DNA of 64,000 nt from Eutreptiella sp. 'Long Island Sound 2002' (GCA_964036045.1 OZ038378.1:179118001-179182000), one strand, 5' to 3'. Shown: positions 26,001 to 36,376, numbered from the stretch's first letter. Numbers and translations are program-made. Notes: a model not told the origin generated them from the sequence alone.

Positions 26001-28745
26001 GGAAACATGACGCACATATCAGTGCAAGAGGACGCAACCGGAACCCATCAGCATCATGCATCATTCAAAGGGGGCCAACACAATGCCTTCGACTAATGCC
26101 TCCCGTTGTGTCCCTTGCCCCGTGTCCTGGGCAGGTGCTGGACATGGCTGGGCACAGACATGAGAGGTGGTCCTGGTTCTGAGACATGCACATGAACTTC
26201 ACATGCACAGGCACAGGCACAGAGCTAAGCACAGGTATGGGCGTGGGCACAGGCATTACTGTGCCAATATTAACGATTTGCGGAAAACTAATTTTGGCGT
26301 TGGGTGTTTTGAATTTTATTTGCGCCAAACTTTTGCGACGGCACCGAAAATAGGGAAACATGGTCTTTTTTTTTTGCGGAGTTCAGTTGTGCAGAGCTGT
26401 TTTTGGTTGACTGAGTCAAAGGTTTTTGTTATTTTTGCCTTTTTTTTTTTGCTTTCGGTCTCCTTGTTTGTGGGGACTATGGTTCATTCATTTTGGTGCC
26501 ACTGAAAAGGACCTGGAGGACCTTTTTCACCAAACGGTTGTCTAAAAGTGAAGCAAGGAGGGCAACCAAGAAAAGGGATACACCATGCAGCACAACGGTG
26601 TTCAAACCAGAAAGGGGGGGGTGGGGCAAAAAAAATTATTGGGGATGTTATTTTTGCGAAGGGCGTGCTTCTGAAAATTAATCTTTGTGGGGTGCTATCT
26701 TTTTTTTTTTGCGATTAAACAACACCTTGTGCCGGAAACTAATTATTTCTGCAAATCATTAATATTGGCAAGGTATAGACATGGGCACAGGCATAGACAA
26801 GCCTGGGCATGGGGGGTGTTTGTGCGCAGCGCCAGTTGTTGCTGTGACTGTACTGGACCAGTCAGTACACAACCAAACGACAGAACCCAGCATGCACAGG
26901 TCAAGATCACACAGCTGAAAAGCACAAAGCACTGCAGAATGTATGTACAACCTGTGTCCCATCTGCTCGGTGGACATAGCCCGAGGTCTAAATGACTGAG
27001 AGGCAGATAGGGGCTGTTCAGAATAACACAAACATACAGCAAAATCCACTGGGCACATTTATGTCATAAGTATGCTCACGCATGCAATCAGCATATAAGT
27101 AGAGGTCATATGCTGAACATTTCACATAATGCCCCTGTCCTACAAACTCGAGGAAGATAGGGGTCTGGAAATTAGGCACGTAGCGTGCACCATGTGCACA
27201 GCACTCTCGACAACCACGTGATAGTAGGCACAGGCACAGAAACAAGCATAGGCATTGACACAGGTGTGGTGACAGACACAAGCATCACTGTGGTACTGGA
27301 CCTGAAAGTTGACGCGGGAGCGGTAGTAGACAGTTAGGCCATCAACACCAGCAGTGGCAAGCCACCGATAGTCCAGGGGACAGAACGCCACGGCTCTGAC
27401 GTTGGTATTTCCATTCGTCCTTGAGTCAACCATGCAGGTCTTAAGATAGCTCACACCATTCGGGTCGCCAACGTCAGCTGCTCCAGTTCGCTGTTCGTAC
27501 TGTGCCGTGGTCGGGTTGTAGTAAACTCCACTGCACGCTAGATTCGCATCACAGGCGGTCCAAACGTTGTCGAAACTTGCGCTGGTTGCTTGACCTACGC
27601 GCAGACAAGGGCCTGTTGTTCGATTGAATGGGGAGACTAATCTCAGCATGCATGCAATGAAGACAGGAACCAGAGAAACAGACGGCACAAGGCTGGCACC
27701 CACCAGACAGTACCCCACGGTTTACTGCATCCCCTCATATGCAACTCTTATACAGGGTCAAGCCCCCTTCTTTAACATGGTCTGTGCCTCGCTTGTTGTT
27801 TCACACTGCATACACGTTTTAGGAGACACAGGTTGGGGGGGGAACTGCTACAGGAGGTTCTGTCACATATGTTGGGGACCAGCCCAAAAGTGCAGGTGCC
27901 ACCAAGTGTGGGCAGCACTACACATCCCACAGAGTCTCAGCCAGTCAGTGAGTCAGTGAGTGTGTTTGAGGATGTGCATGCAATGCATACCAATAAAACA
28001 TGGGACAGGACACCGAAGAGCTTACAGAGCATTGTGGTTATGTTGAGGGTCATCAATGGCACCATCTGCATCGTGATGCCCAAGCGCCTGGAGGGCGTGG
28101 ACACTCTAAACCACTTGGCCTGGTGTGGCACACACTTAATGCACAATTGTCGGGTTTGGATGTTGATATGCAAGTTCGCAGTTGGCGAATGAATTTTTTT
28201 TGGATATACTCAAGCTGGATGTCTGGATTGGATAATCCAGGGCTTGCAGCTCACTCGTCTAAGGGAGATGGTATTGCAGGGGCCAGCAAAGTGTCAACAG
28301 CTGCCTGGTGAAGCTATGCATGGCATACTTGTGTGTGTTTTATGCATTTGGAATGTTAATTGACACACAATGCAGGCAACAAAGAAGCCTGGTAGACCCC
28401 ACAGTGCTGAGACCATTGCGGGGTGTACAGATTGGAGCCTGAGCATGGTGGTCAAGTGGGATGGAAATTTGGCCATGCCAAATGCTGGGGCCTCAAGCGT
28501 TTCACGATGATTGTGCGCCTCGTCGCAAGAAGGGAAACCCAACAGGCACGTGCGCCATCCCCCACCCTCTGCGCCTGGTGTGCCGCTGCCCTTAAGCAGA
28601 AGCCTGTTTCCAGTGCAGACTCAGAGATAGTACCTGCATCTCCGGAGATTTCGATGCCCTTTGTGTCACAACCATTTGCCACTTGGCCTGTGACGATGTG
28701 TATTATCTGGAGCAAGAAAATGACGACGGCCTGCGTCTTTAGCAT
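9924..28745 (-). CDS. Multi-exon secreted WD40 / PAN(apple)-like / sushi-like / Ser-Pro-repeat protein, ~1614 aa. Exons: 28745-28634, 27594-27302, 23872-23593, 22963-22257, 22200-22118, 17808-17217, 15304-14896, 12292-9924
   Basis: Exon lengths 112+293+280+707+83+592+409+2369 = 4845 nt, with all phases compatible. Junctions rebuild continuous motifs: VNFQ|[21 protein letters not shown]|GGKWALQ, PTEK|VFCKSP, SLVNHV|[11 protein letters not shown]. Six introns are GT..AG; intron 5 is non-canonical. N-terminus [20 protein letters not shown] is signal-peptide-like. Confidence 0.75.
10381..12060 (-). repeat. Coding low-complexity repeat (SP/SA dipeptides; GATGGN/GATGCN on + strand) with ~440-450 bp higher-order duplication
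   Basis: Rare variants recur at offsets of 438 (gaagcagatg at 10741 and 11179) and 450 (gaaggagatggag at 10945 and 11395). Confidence 0.9.
13011..13052 (-). rRNA. Fragment (pseudo) of the 18S rRNA 5' end, possibly with upstream 5'-ETS-like sequence to ~13270
   Basis: Minus strand TCTGGTTGATCCTGCCAGTTGTCATATGCTTCTCTCAAGGAT matches the universal SSU start (CTGGTTGATCCTGCCAGTAGTCATATGCTTGTCTCAAAGAT) at about 38 of 41 positions. Confidence 0.8.
13620..13880. repeat. Foldback of the tgcacctgccatgc repeat family; related arrays at 12320-12560, 14340-14530 and 14750-14870
   Basis: tgcacctgccatgcacctaccctg is followed by its near reverse complement cagggtaggcacatggaaggtgca. Confidence 0.65.
13906..14334. 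mobile_element. MITE-like element with imperfect ~45-bp TIRs (intron 7)
   Basis: gggccatccaccgcttttatttgg..ctcccatctca versus the reverse complement gggcatccgccattttactttgg..ctcccatccca. Confidence 0.55.
14896..15304 (-). CDS. Exon 7: two sushi/CCP-like Cys modules with an acidic linker
   Basis: Acceptor cttttctcctcag|GTT; CKSP..C..KC..G..G...C..DGTW..RG.C and CNAP..C..CSAEC..GY.G...C..DGSL..RG.C; donor GTCG|GTATGC. Confidence 0.85.
16246..16620 (-). pseudogene. Possible LINE RT N-terminal remnant in intron 6
   Basis: [22 protein letters not shown] loosely resembles the LK..L..LF..G.FP..P.PK.G..YRPISL region. Confidence 0.25.
16946..17114. repeat. Compound (CA)n microsatellites in intron 6
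   Basis: Direct reading. Confidence 0.95.
17217..17808 (-). CDS. Exon 6: two PAN/apple-like repeats and a W-D-x2-G-x2-C...ACCxCGGG Cys-rich module
   Basis: [20 protein letters not shown]; [26 protein letters not shown]; donor GAAG|GTTCTT. Confidence 0.85.
18794..18872 (-). pseudogene. Degenerate tRNA-like sequence (His-GTG-like) or tRNA-derived SINE head in intron 5
   Basis: Acceptor stem GCCGGAT/GTCTGGC, A-box-like CATAGTGGTAG, B-box GGTTCAATTC, loop CTGTGAC. The anticodon stem is broken and there are extra bases. Confidence 0.55.
22118..22200 (-). CDS. Exon 5 ([27 protein letters not shown]), after a 56-nt GT-AG intron
   Basis: In phase with exon 4; ends in the EEC half of a PAN-type C-x3-C motif that exon 6 completes. 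Confidence 0.6.
22257..22963 (-). CDS. Exon 4: WD40 repeats 4-5 and a PAN/apple-like repeat ([20 protein letters not shown])
   Basis: Polypyrimidine tract then tttag| acceptor; [16 protein letters not shown] and [29 protein letters not shown]; donor CCAG|GTGTGT. Confidence 0.85.
23593..23872 (-). CDS. Exon 3: WD40 repeats 2-3 ([30 protein letters not shown]; [21 protein letters not shown])
   Basis: Typical WD40 pattern; acceptor ttcag|ATC; donor GCAG|GTCTTT. Confidence 0.85.
24502..24742. mobile_element. MITE with 16-bp TIR CAGGGATGTATTAGAA...TTCTAATACATCACTG (intron 2)
   Basis: TIR matches at 15 of 16 positions; internal G/C runs; preceded by (CAGGGAT)n reiterations of its own end. Confidence 0.8.
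26262..26770. mobile_element. MITE-like element with ~25-bp TIR TGCCAATATTAAYGATTTGCRGAAA (intron 2)
   Basis: Inverted match between 26262-26286 and 26746-26770; AT-rich interior. Confidence 0.7.
27302..27594 (-). CDS. Exon 2: PAN-like module and WD40 repeat 1 ([22 protein letters not shown])
   Basis: Acceptor cgtag|GT (alternative in-phase acceptor at 27612); donor TTTCAG|GTCCAG. Confidence 0.75.
28634..28745 (-). CDS. Exon 1: signal peptide and start of PAN-like module ([37 protein letters not shown])
   Basis: ATG followed by a hydrophobic stretch. Donor CAG|GTACTA is phase 1 and matches the exon 2 acceptor. Confidence 0.6.
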
Positions 28746-28994
28746 GCTTAGTCACAACTGAGGACCTGTGGAAACCAAGGTCAGAGGTAGAGGGCTGAAC
28801 AACCACCGGCGCAAGGGACACAGCATTAAGAGTATTGCTATCATCATGTAATGCATGGAGGCAACTGTTTGACTTGCCGCGCAGTCGAATGTTCTGTGCG
28901 TGTGGCTCAACAACAACAAGTAACTTGAAGCCTATCACGGCACCCCTCTGTTTCATACAATTTGTCTCCCTCCTGAGCCCCTCAGGCAACATGC

Positions 28995-29215
28995 TTTTTT
29001 TTTTTTTTGGTTCAGACTAAGATGAGCTGGCATAGCCAGCTCACTTCACAGTAATCCTGCACAGACTTGGCACTTGACATTTGACCCTTATACTTGACGG
29101 TGGTGTCGGCTGCCAGTTACTATTTTTTCACCAACCCATGGTAGGTTGGCCCTCCTGTGGCATCCTCCCCTTTTACATTTTTTCCTCCACAGGTGTCGAA
29201 TGCCACTCCCCAGCG
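28995..29215 (-). mobile_element. Second insertion sharing the same 3' end, with 22-bp TSD
   Basis: ctgagYccctcaggcaacatgc at 28973-28994 and 29216-29237; T14 then ggttcagactaagatgagctggcatagccagctcacttcacagta. Confidence 0.8.
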
Positions 29216-29452
29216 CTGAGTCCCTCAGGCAACATGCAAAGTCAGTTGTCGGTACCAAGGCAGTCTGGCCCAGCAAGTTCTCTTTGGAGAACTACGCATC
29301 GTCTGCCTCCCATATCCCGCACCAAAATGCAAAGTCGATCAGTCGTACCAACTCAGTTTGGCCCTATTACCCTGCCCCCCCCTTGCAAACTCCCGGGTTA
29401 GCGCACGACGGTCTCCCAGGTGGTGGGGGGGGGGGGAGACAGTCGCCAAGTG

Positions 29453-29947
29453 ACGGTCTCCCAAGGGGGGGGGGGGGGATTGCAAGGGTATTTCAAGGCA
29501 AACTGTGGTACCCTCCACTGATGCAAGCAACGAGAACACGTGTGAAGCGACTTTTGCGTTGATGCGGTGCCAATGTGTTTCATCCAACACAAATGTTATT
29601 GAGGATCCAAAGGAATGGTAAAGAACTTCTGGGTACGAGAATAATACACTGTTGCACATGCTCAGTTTTCATGACAGGCACGGTGTGCACCAAGTGTGTG
29701 TGAGTGGTGCCGTACATGGTCACCGAGAGAAAACATCTTGGGTCTGAAGTAGCAACACAACACACCCATACAACGCCTTTGGAGAGAGAATATCACGGAA
29801 CACACACAGGTGCTTGATTTGAAGTAATGGGAAACCAATGCAAGGCCATGCGTAAAGCAGATGGGCAACACAAACCAGCACAATACATGTTAACTAGAAA
29901 AACATGGAAGTAACGGTCTCCCAAGGGGGGGGGGAAGATTGCAAGGG
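29453..29947. mobile_element. ~460-bp unit bounded by direct terminal repeats (acggtctcccaa-G-run-gattgcaaggg)
   Basis: Terminal motif at 29453 and 29913; body homologous to 421-872. Confidence 0.55.
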
Positions 29948-29989
29948 GTGGGAGTTTGCAAAGGGGGGGGGGTTTGCAAGGGGAGGGAG

Positions 29990-30478
29990 GGTATGTCGAA
30001 TTGAGACGAGCCCACACACGCATTCATCACAAGGTGAGATACGGATGTTTGTCATCCTCTTCCAAACACATCCAGTAGCGCCAATGGGCAGACAAAAATA
30101 GTGACTCGGGCCGATTTTCGTTACATAAACATCCTTCACTTTATAAAACAGGATCTTGTCACCAATGTGCTGCATCTATGGCAAACGAAACCCTTTTGGT
30201 TTCCTTAGGTCACTCTCATTCTGCCTGACACAATCAAAAATGAGAAGACACTCAGCATCATCTTGTGGAATGACTTGCTTGTGGCTGTGGATGAGTGGCT
30301 GTGGATGAGCAACACAACTCCAGACCCCTTGCCTCCTAAATATCGGAACGCATTTCATCAAACCCCTTAACAAAAGACTCATCCATCCCCCTTGTGTCAT
30401 ATCCCTATTGTTTGTATAAGAGTGCAAAGATCTTGCAGAACGCAATTCATCCCATAGCGACCGCCCTGCCTCTGCCAC
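29990..30478 (-). pseudogene. Degenerate non-LTR (LINE-like) reverse-transcriptase fragment
   Basis: ORFs 30176-30478 and 29894-30175 are one frame split by a single stop. The stretches LLIFD... and KILFYKVKDVYVTKIGPSHYFCLPIG loosely resemble LINE RT domains 3-4. Confidence 0.35.
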
Positions 30479-33400
30479 CCACTTCCTCGATGCCAGCCAC
30501 TAATGCCAAAACAGATTGCACCTCGTGGTGAGCTGGAACCAAGTCTTGGGACCCTATTTTCTGCACCCCCTTGCCAAATCGCGTTCATTCCTGACAAAGT
30601 CACCGCCTTAACCCATAGTTGTATTCTCCATCTCACACCAAATTGCGGACCACAATAGCCTCCATGTGTCAATGAGGGTACATTTGCCCGGCACGTGCCC
30701 GGCACGCCCAGCATCCAAATGAATGTTCCGGCCATCTATCACAATGCTTTACCCCCAAACATCACTCCCTCCTCTAGCCCAGGAACCCTAAGCACAAGCA
30801 CAGTGTATGTATGACTGTTGGCAATCAATTGAATTCCCATTTTTTCGCCCAACAAATGGGACGATCACATGCACCCTGCGCCTGTAGGCCCCATCATGGC
30901 CACCCACCTCAAAATCAAAGAAACCCCCTCTTGTGCGTGACTGACTGCTCAAGTGGCCAAGGTGGAAGAACCTCACGACATACAACACTTGGGGTTTATG
31001 GTGGTCCCCTTCCTCTGTGCTAAAGTTTGGTTTGGCCCTACCCCTCTTTGTGCCAGCCTTGTCTTACAACCTAGTGCTAGTGTAGGATCTAATTCCATCA
31101 GAAAAACAGACCTGCAGACATTCAGGGTTCTGTTAATTTTGTTGTCAGCATGTTAATTAAATGCAAAATCAACCAAAACATGAAATGCCCACCTGTGGCT
31201 GTTATAACAATGTTCGAGCACTTAGCAAGTAAATGCTAGGGCAGGTCAACACAACATGAATTTTTTGCCTCACATTTGAAGTAGCAAGACGAAATTGAAT
31301 GTACAAGACCTATGACATATGCTCAGAAGCCAAGGGCAGCAAAAAATTCATTTGTGGGAAGTGGCAATTCTGCATTACTTCCACGTTGAGTTTGCAGTGA
31401 CTGGGCGTCCGGGGGGAGTGCACAATTTATTCCCGCCAACTGCACATCTAATTTATGGGTGGGGTAGTCCTCCCACATGGAGTGTGGTAGGAGTATCTCA
31501 TGTATGGGCAGCGTGGTGCTCCCAGGAATGCCCAAATTGTGGTCCCAAAGTCAAATAAAGGGAGGAGAGAGCACAAGGAGTTATGTGTGTGCATGTGATG
31601 TATGGGGCATAGCGGAGTTGAGATGCAAAGGAGGGAGGTTCCCAAAGAAACACCGATGGGTTGATCAGGGAAGCTCTGTCATGATGTGTGGGGCCAATGC
31701 CCTGTTGTGCCACATGAATGACTCAGTTGGGGCCTCAGCCCTGCAGCGGGTTGACACCTGGTTGTGGTTGTGGTTGTAGTGCGACCTGTGCCTCCCTGGA
31801 CCACACCCCAAGTAGGTATTGGCCCACTGCAGGGCTGAGGTGTTACCTGAGACGTGGGTGCCAGCAAGTCACTGGTCCCCCCCCACCCCACAGCCCCCAC
31901 GTGTCGCTAACCTCAATCCCCCCTCCAAAAAAATGTTGATGGCAGACCGCCCCCATCCACCCACCAGACTGCACCCAGGTTCAGAAGGGATGTGTGGCTG
32001 TCCCCTGGTAGAGTAGACTTGTGAGGTCCTATGGTGAGGACTCAGGGTGCCATTTTCTATTCTCACTTGTGAAAGCATTTGTAGATTTCTTTTATCTACA
32101 TCTGTACATCTACATCTGCACATGGTTCCAAACCACATGATCTACGCACACTGAGAGCAAACGAAGCCTTAGGCGTTTCCATAGAGCCATGGAGTAGTTG
32201 TCCTCTGCCGTTTTAGAGAATAAGTCCACTTTGGGGTGAGTTCGTGAGTCTCCAAGTGGCTGTTCTTGCATATTTTGCCAACTTCGGAATGGCACCTGGA
32301 GCTGAACTTGCACAACCCATCAAACATTTTTCCTTGGTGACATCACACTGCCCCCAGTGAGCAATTTGGCGGGTTTGTGCCTGCTGTTGGTCATGGTGGA
32401 AATGAGGACTGCCTGAGCCTGCGTCCGGACATGGGCAATGCTGTTGGCTGCACTCTCATGAGATGGTGCGCCTGGGACATTGTGCCTGCAAGGACTGGCA
32501 GAGTGGCTGAAATCTGCAAATGCTTGAAACAAATACGTTCACTTGGAATGATTGAAACAAGAATTTGGAGGACTGCTTTTTGGCTAGCAAAAGGGGGCTG
32601 ACTTTCTCTGAGCATGCACAGTACAATTCATCCCAATCCTGCCAACCTAGAGGAATGGTGCCCAGTCCCTACCACATGCAACCATTGCCCACCACAACTG
32701 CACTCCCGGCTCCACAAAACAGAATCTCGGGTATTCGGATAATCCAGAATCAGAAAGTATTTGCTGTTGTCAGGAGTGGGGACAACGTGGACTGCCGTGT
32801 CCATGGTCCCAGCGCGAAAAACCTTTCCTGATGCTGATTCCTCTCATAGCCACAACCTCTGCACCACCTCAAACACAGTGAAGCCTGATTCGCATCCGCT
32901 TAAGAAATTCACATGAGGCACTGCGGTCCCACTGGTTGGCAGACAATTCGAATGCCCCAGGGTGTCTGAGGCAACAGTGCTCTGCACTGAAGCAACACAG
33001 CGAAAGCTTCCTCACACAGGAAGCACAGCGACAATTGGATGCTTCGAAGCGCCAACCACTGCAAATGCAGCGAAAAAAACTGCTCGCCATAAAGTGTACA
33101 AAGTGCCTGTGTAGAGTCACTGTTCAATATTGTGAGGCACTGCACAGTAAATGCACATTTCTGAGTAAAGCAGAAAACTGTGCACAATGGTCCCATAGAT
33201 AAGTAACCTTCGCATAACACGAGGGGTATGAAAGAATGCAGCGTCCGTTCCAGAAGCAGATGCATACGCACACACGCTGCAGGGAATAGACACAAAAATA
33301 CCAAAGACTGCAGACGGTTCCCTTCAGAATGGGGTTGTGCAGGTCTTATATAAAGCGGACTTGACAACTTTCGCGGCAGTAACAGCAGTCATTGCTGGCA

Positions 33401-33650
33401 CAGTCATAACTCCGACAAAATCATCCTGGTGATGCACACTGTGGAGCCCACAGATGTATTGTTGATATGACAACGTGGGCAATGCAAAATCATTCAGAAC
33501 AGTCCAGAAGAGAATGTAAAACGCCAAGCTTTGAGAGAGGGCCAGGATCCGACGAAGAAAGGTATGCCCTTGAGCAGTGGGCAACTAAAATGAATAGGCG
33601 GATGCGTTGGTGGTGCAAAAAGAGAATTCCAAGCAAATGATAAGCTGCGA

Positions 33651-36344
33651 TTAAGTGGCAGCCCTGGCCTCTGCGATCGCGTCTTGCGTCACATTGGCAA
33701 CGTTGTTCCCTGACAGCTTGGGAAGGTATTTGTACGTGCCTCGGGCAGCCGCGGCAATCTCCTTGGTCACTCCCGTGCTCACAAATTTCTCCTCAGAGTC
33801 CAACACCAGCAGGTTGAAGCCCTTAATCGCCCCCAACTGTTTGGCCGCATCCAACACCTCCTCCTTGATGTCCGCCATGGATGGCTTCTCCTCAGGGTCT
33901 TCCTCACCAATCGGGTTGGCTGCCGATAAAGGCACATTGGCCCGGCCGTCAGTGCAAAGAACAACAATCACCTGCCCCACATCTCCTGCGCTCATCGCAT
34001 TCAGGCCGGTTCGCACAGCAGTGTTGATGGCAGAGGCCAGAGGAGACCCACCACCACATGGCATGGACTCCAATCGATCTCTGGCCATCGCAATGGATTT
34101 GGTGGGCGGTAGCAACACCTCGGCCTTGTCACCCTGGAAAGGGATCACGCAGACTTTGTCACGGCTCTGGTAAGCAGTCTCAAGCAGACTGATGGCTGCA
34201 CCCTTGGCGGCGTCCATTCGATTCAGCGCCATGGACCCGGACGCATCCACACAGAAAATAATCAGGCACCCTGCAGGACGTGCCATGCGCTTCGTCCGGA
34301 CATCTTCCTTCTCGATGAACACCTTGCGGTTCTTCGGGTTTCCAATGCTCTCCGCCCTCTCACGGCGTCCTCTTTGAAATGGCGCAGCAGCGCGCATTGT
34401 AGCATCAACTGCCAGCCGCTTAACCTTCCCCTTGGGCAGCATCGGTTTGATGTATCGCCCACGTTCTTGACTGAAGATCAGACCACGACCACCGCTTTTC
34501 CCAGTCTTCGCTTTGTCGGCAAAATTCAGCAGCTCGGGGTCCATAGGTACGCCCGTATCTGCATCGAAGAAAAATTCCTGAGGAATGTCTGGGATGCTGT
34601 CATCCTCCTGTTCCTCTTCCTCCTCCTGCTCCTGCTCCTCTTCGTCCTTTTCATCTTCATTCTCCTCATCATCCTCATCAGCATTCCCTTCCGGCTCCTG
34701 GTTCTCTTCTTCTGGTGGTGGTGGAGGGGGAGGCGGTGGTGGCTCGTCCATCTGCATGTACGAACTGCGGGGAGTAATCACCAGCTTCACAGCGAGCGCC
34801 AAATCATCGGCATTCACCGGCCTCTCCTCAAGCGCCGCTGATGCCTTCGCCACTTCTGCAGCAAAGATCTCTGCACGCTGTCCTTGACAGCCCGCCCTTG
34901 TGGCCTCTTCACACAGGTACTTGATCTGTGCGGTGCTACATTTGACCTCTGACTTGAAGTACTCCCTAGAAAACAGAATACGAGTCGTGAGTGCTTGCTC
35001 TTGCCGATCAATCTCCATCAACTCTTCATCACTGAAATTGCTCCAGTCCAATACACCCTGCATGGCTTCCACTCTCTGCTCCAGATTCAATGGCTGGGCG
35101 TCCACATTCAGACACACAGCCATGCGGTCCAATACATGGTCCCGTACTCCAGTTTCCTCGGGATTGAACGTGGCTACCAACAGAGGCTTGCATGGGAACC
35201 GTACAGATACTCCTTCACGCTCTACATTCACCCACCCCTCTGCCAAGGATGTAAACAGAATATTGCAAAGCTCGTCGTCCAACAGGTTGATGTCGTCGAC
35301 GTACAGAATCCCACGGTGCGCCTTGGCAAGCAGCCCAGGCTGGAATACAGTCTTGCCCTGTCTCACAGACTCCTCCACATCAACCGACCCCAACAAACGG
35401 TCTTCCATGATATTCAGAGGTACCTGAACGAAAGGGCAGTCGATGACCTCTGTCTCCAAGTCAGACAGTTCCTGCCCAGTCTCTTCCAACATCCGTGCGG
35501 TGAAATCATCAACTTGATAGGGACGTGTCGGATCAATGTTGAATGGACTGCCCTTGATTCTCTCGATAGGAGGCATGATCTTGTACAGACCCTTCGCCAT
35601 CACAGACTTCGCGGTACCGCGCCCACCGCTGATGCACACTCCTCCCATGTTGGGATTAATTGTGGCAAGTAATAGCGCAGTCTTGATCTCTTCACAACCC
35701 AGCACCATGCTGAGTGGGAATGGCCTGGCTCGGTACTCCAGGGGGTCTCTTTGGCTCCTCTCCTCTTCCCTCTGCTGCGCTTTGGCAACACTTTCGGCAC
35801 GCGCCCTGATCTCATCACTCACTTCTCCACTGGTGGTACATAGAGCAATGTCCATGGGTTTCAAATCTCCGGCCAGCAGAGGCTTCTTCACACCACTTGC
35901 TGCCTTCAGCTTGGCCCAGAACGCCATCAGGACGGACGAGACCAGCAGCCCTGCTGCTAACCATTCGTTGGATGTCACCCCACCGTTGTTCGTCTGTTCA
36001 GTAGCGTCCGTGCGGGCGTTTCGAGCAGCAGCAAACCGTTGGCCATCCCTTGCTGGTGCTGCGTAGACTGGATGGACTCCAGATGATTCTCTTCGGACGA
36101 CACCAAATGATGAGTCTGTCCTCAGATGGTTGGTAGCATCAGCAACGACTGCAGGTTGGGGCTGGGCTCCAGTGGCTGTGAACAGCATGCCTTGCTTGGA
36201 ACGCGCATCGGTAGACAGCGCTGCCACCAGACAAAAAACACCCGCAGACACCAACGCAAGTGCGGTGCGGGGACCCACAGCTGGAGGGGGCCCAGTGTGG
36301 CTATCTTGGGCGGTGCAATACACCGCATTTGCACCAATCGTCAT
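33651..36344 (-). CDS. chlD: Magnesium chelatase subunit D, copy 1, intronless, with euglenophyte-type plastid presequence (897 aa from the ATG at 36344)
   Basis: AAA+ ChlI-like domain (GGRGTAKS, EDRLLGSVDVEES, LYVDDINLLD), poly-Pro/acidic linker, C-terminal vWA domain with MIDAS DASGS. The N-terminal ~170 aa has two hydrophobic segments. The track start at 36359 is an upstream GTG put in frame by a 6-G versus 7-G run. Confidence 0.96.
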   Translation of the reverse strand: MTIGANAVYCTAQDSHTGPPPAVGPRTALALVSAGVFCLVAALSTDARSKQGMLFTATGAQPQPAVVADATNHLRTDSSFGVVRRESSGVHPVYAAPARDGQRFAAARNARTDATEQTNNGGVTSNEWLAAGLLVSSVLMAFWAKLKAASGVKKPLLAGDLKPMDIALCTTSGEVSDEIRARAESVAKAQQREEERSQRDPLEYRARPFPLSMVLGCEEIKTALLLATINPNMGGVCISGGRGTAKSVMAKGLYKIMPPIERIKGSPFNIDPTRPYQVDDFTARMLEETGQELSDLETEVIDCPFVQVPLNIMEDRLLGSVDVEESVRQGKTVFQPGLLAKAHRGILYVDDINLLDDELCNILFTSLAEGWVNVEREGVSVRFPCKPLLVATFNPEETGVRDHVLDRMAVCLNVDAQPLNLEQRVEAMQGVLDWSNFSDEELMEIDRQEQALTTRILFSREYFKSEVKCSTAQIKYLCEEATRAGCQGQRAEIFAAEVAKASAALEERPVNADDLALAVKLVITPRSSYMQMDEPPPPPPPPPPEEENQEPEGNADEDDEENEDEKDEEEQEQEEEEEQEDDSIPDIPQEFFFDADTGVPMDPELLNFADKAKTGKSGGRGLIFSQERGRYIKPMLPKGKVKRLAVDATMRAAAPFQRGRRERAESIGNPKNRKVFIEKEDVRTKRMARPAGCLIIFCVDASGSMALNRMDAAKGAAISLLETAYQSRDKVCVIPFQGDKAEVLLPPTKSIAMARDRLESMPCGGGSPLASAINTAVRTGLNAMSAGDVGQVIVVLCTDGRANVPLSAANPIGEEDPEEKPSMADIKEEVLDAAKQLGAIKGFNLLVLDSEEKFVSTGVTKEIAAAARGTYKYLPKLSGNNVANVTQDAIAEARAAT

Positions 36345-36376
36345 TTTGGGGGGATCCACCCAAACCCAAAAAAAGA

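Noticed and set aside
30244-30256. CTGAGTGTCT match to the Euglena spliced leader
   Set aside because: Only 10 nt, with no SL-RNA context; expected by chance.
36345-36359. MDPPK N-terminal extension of chlD copy 1
   Set aside because: It starts at a GTG and depends on a 6-G versus 7-G homopolymer difference; the ATG at 36344 is shared by all copies.
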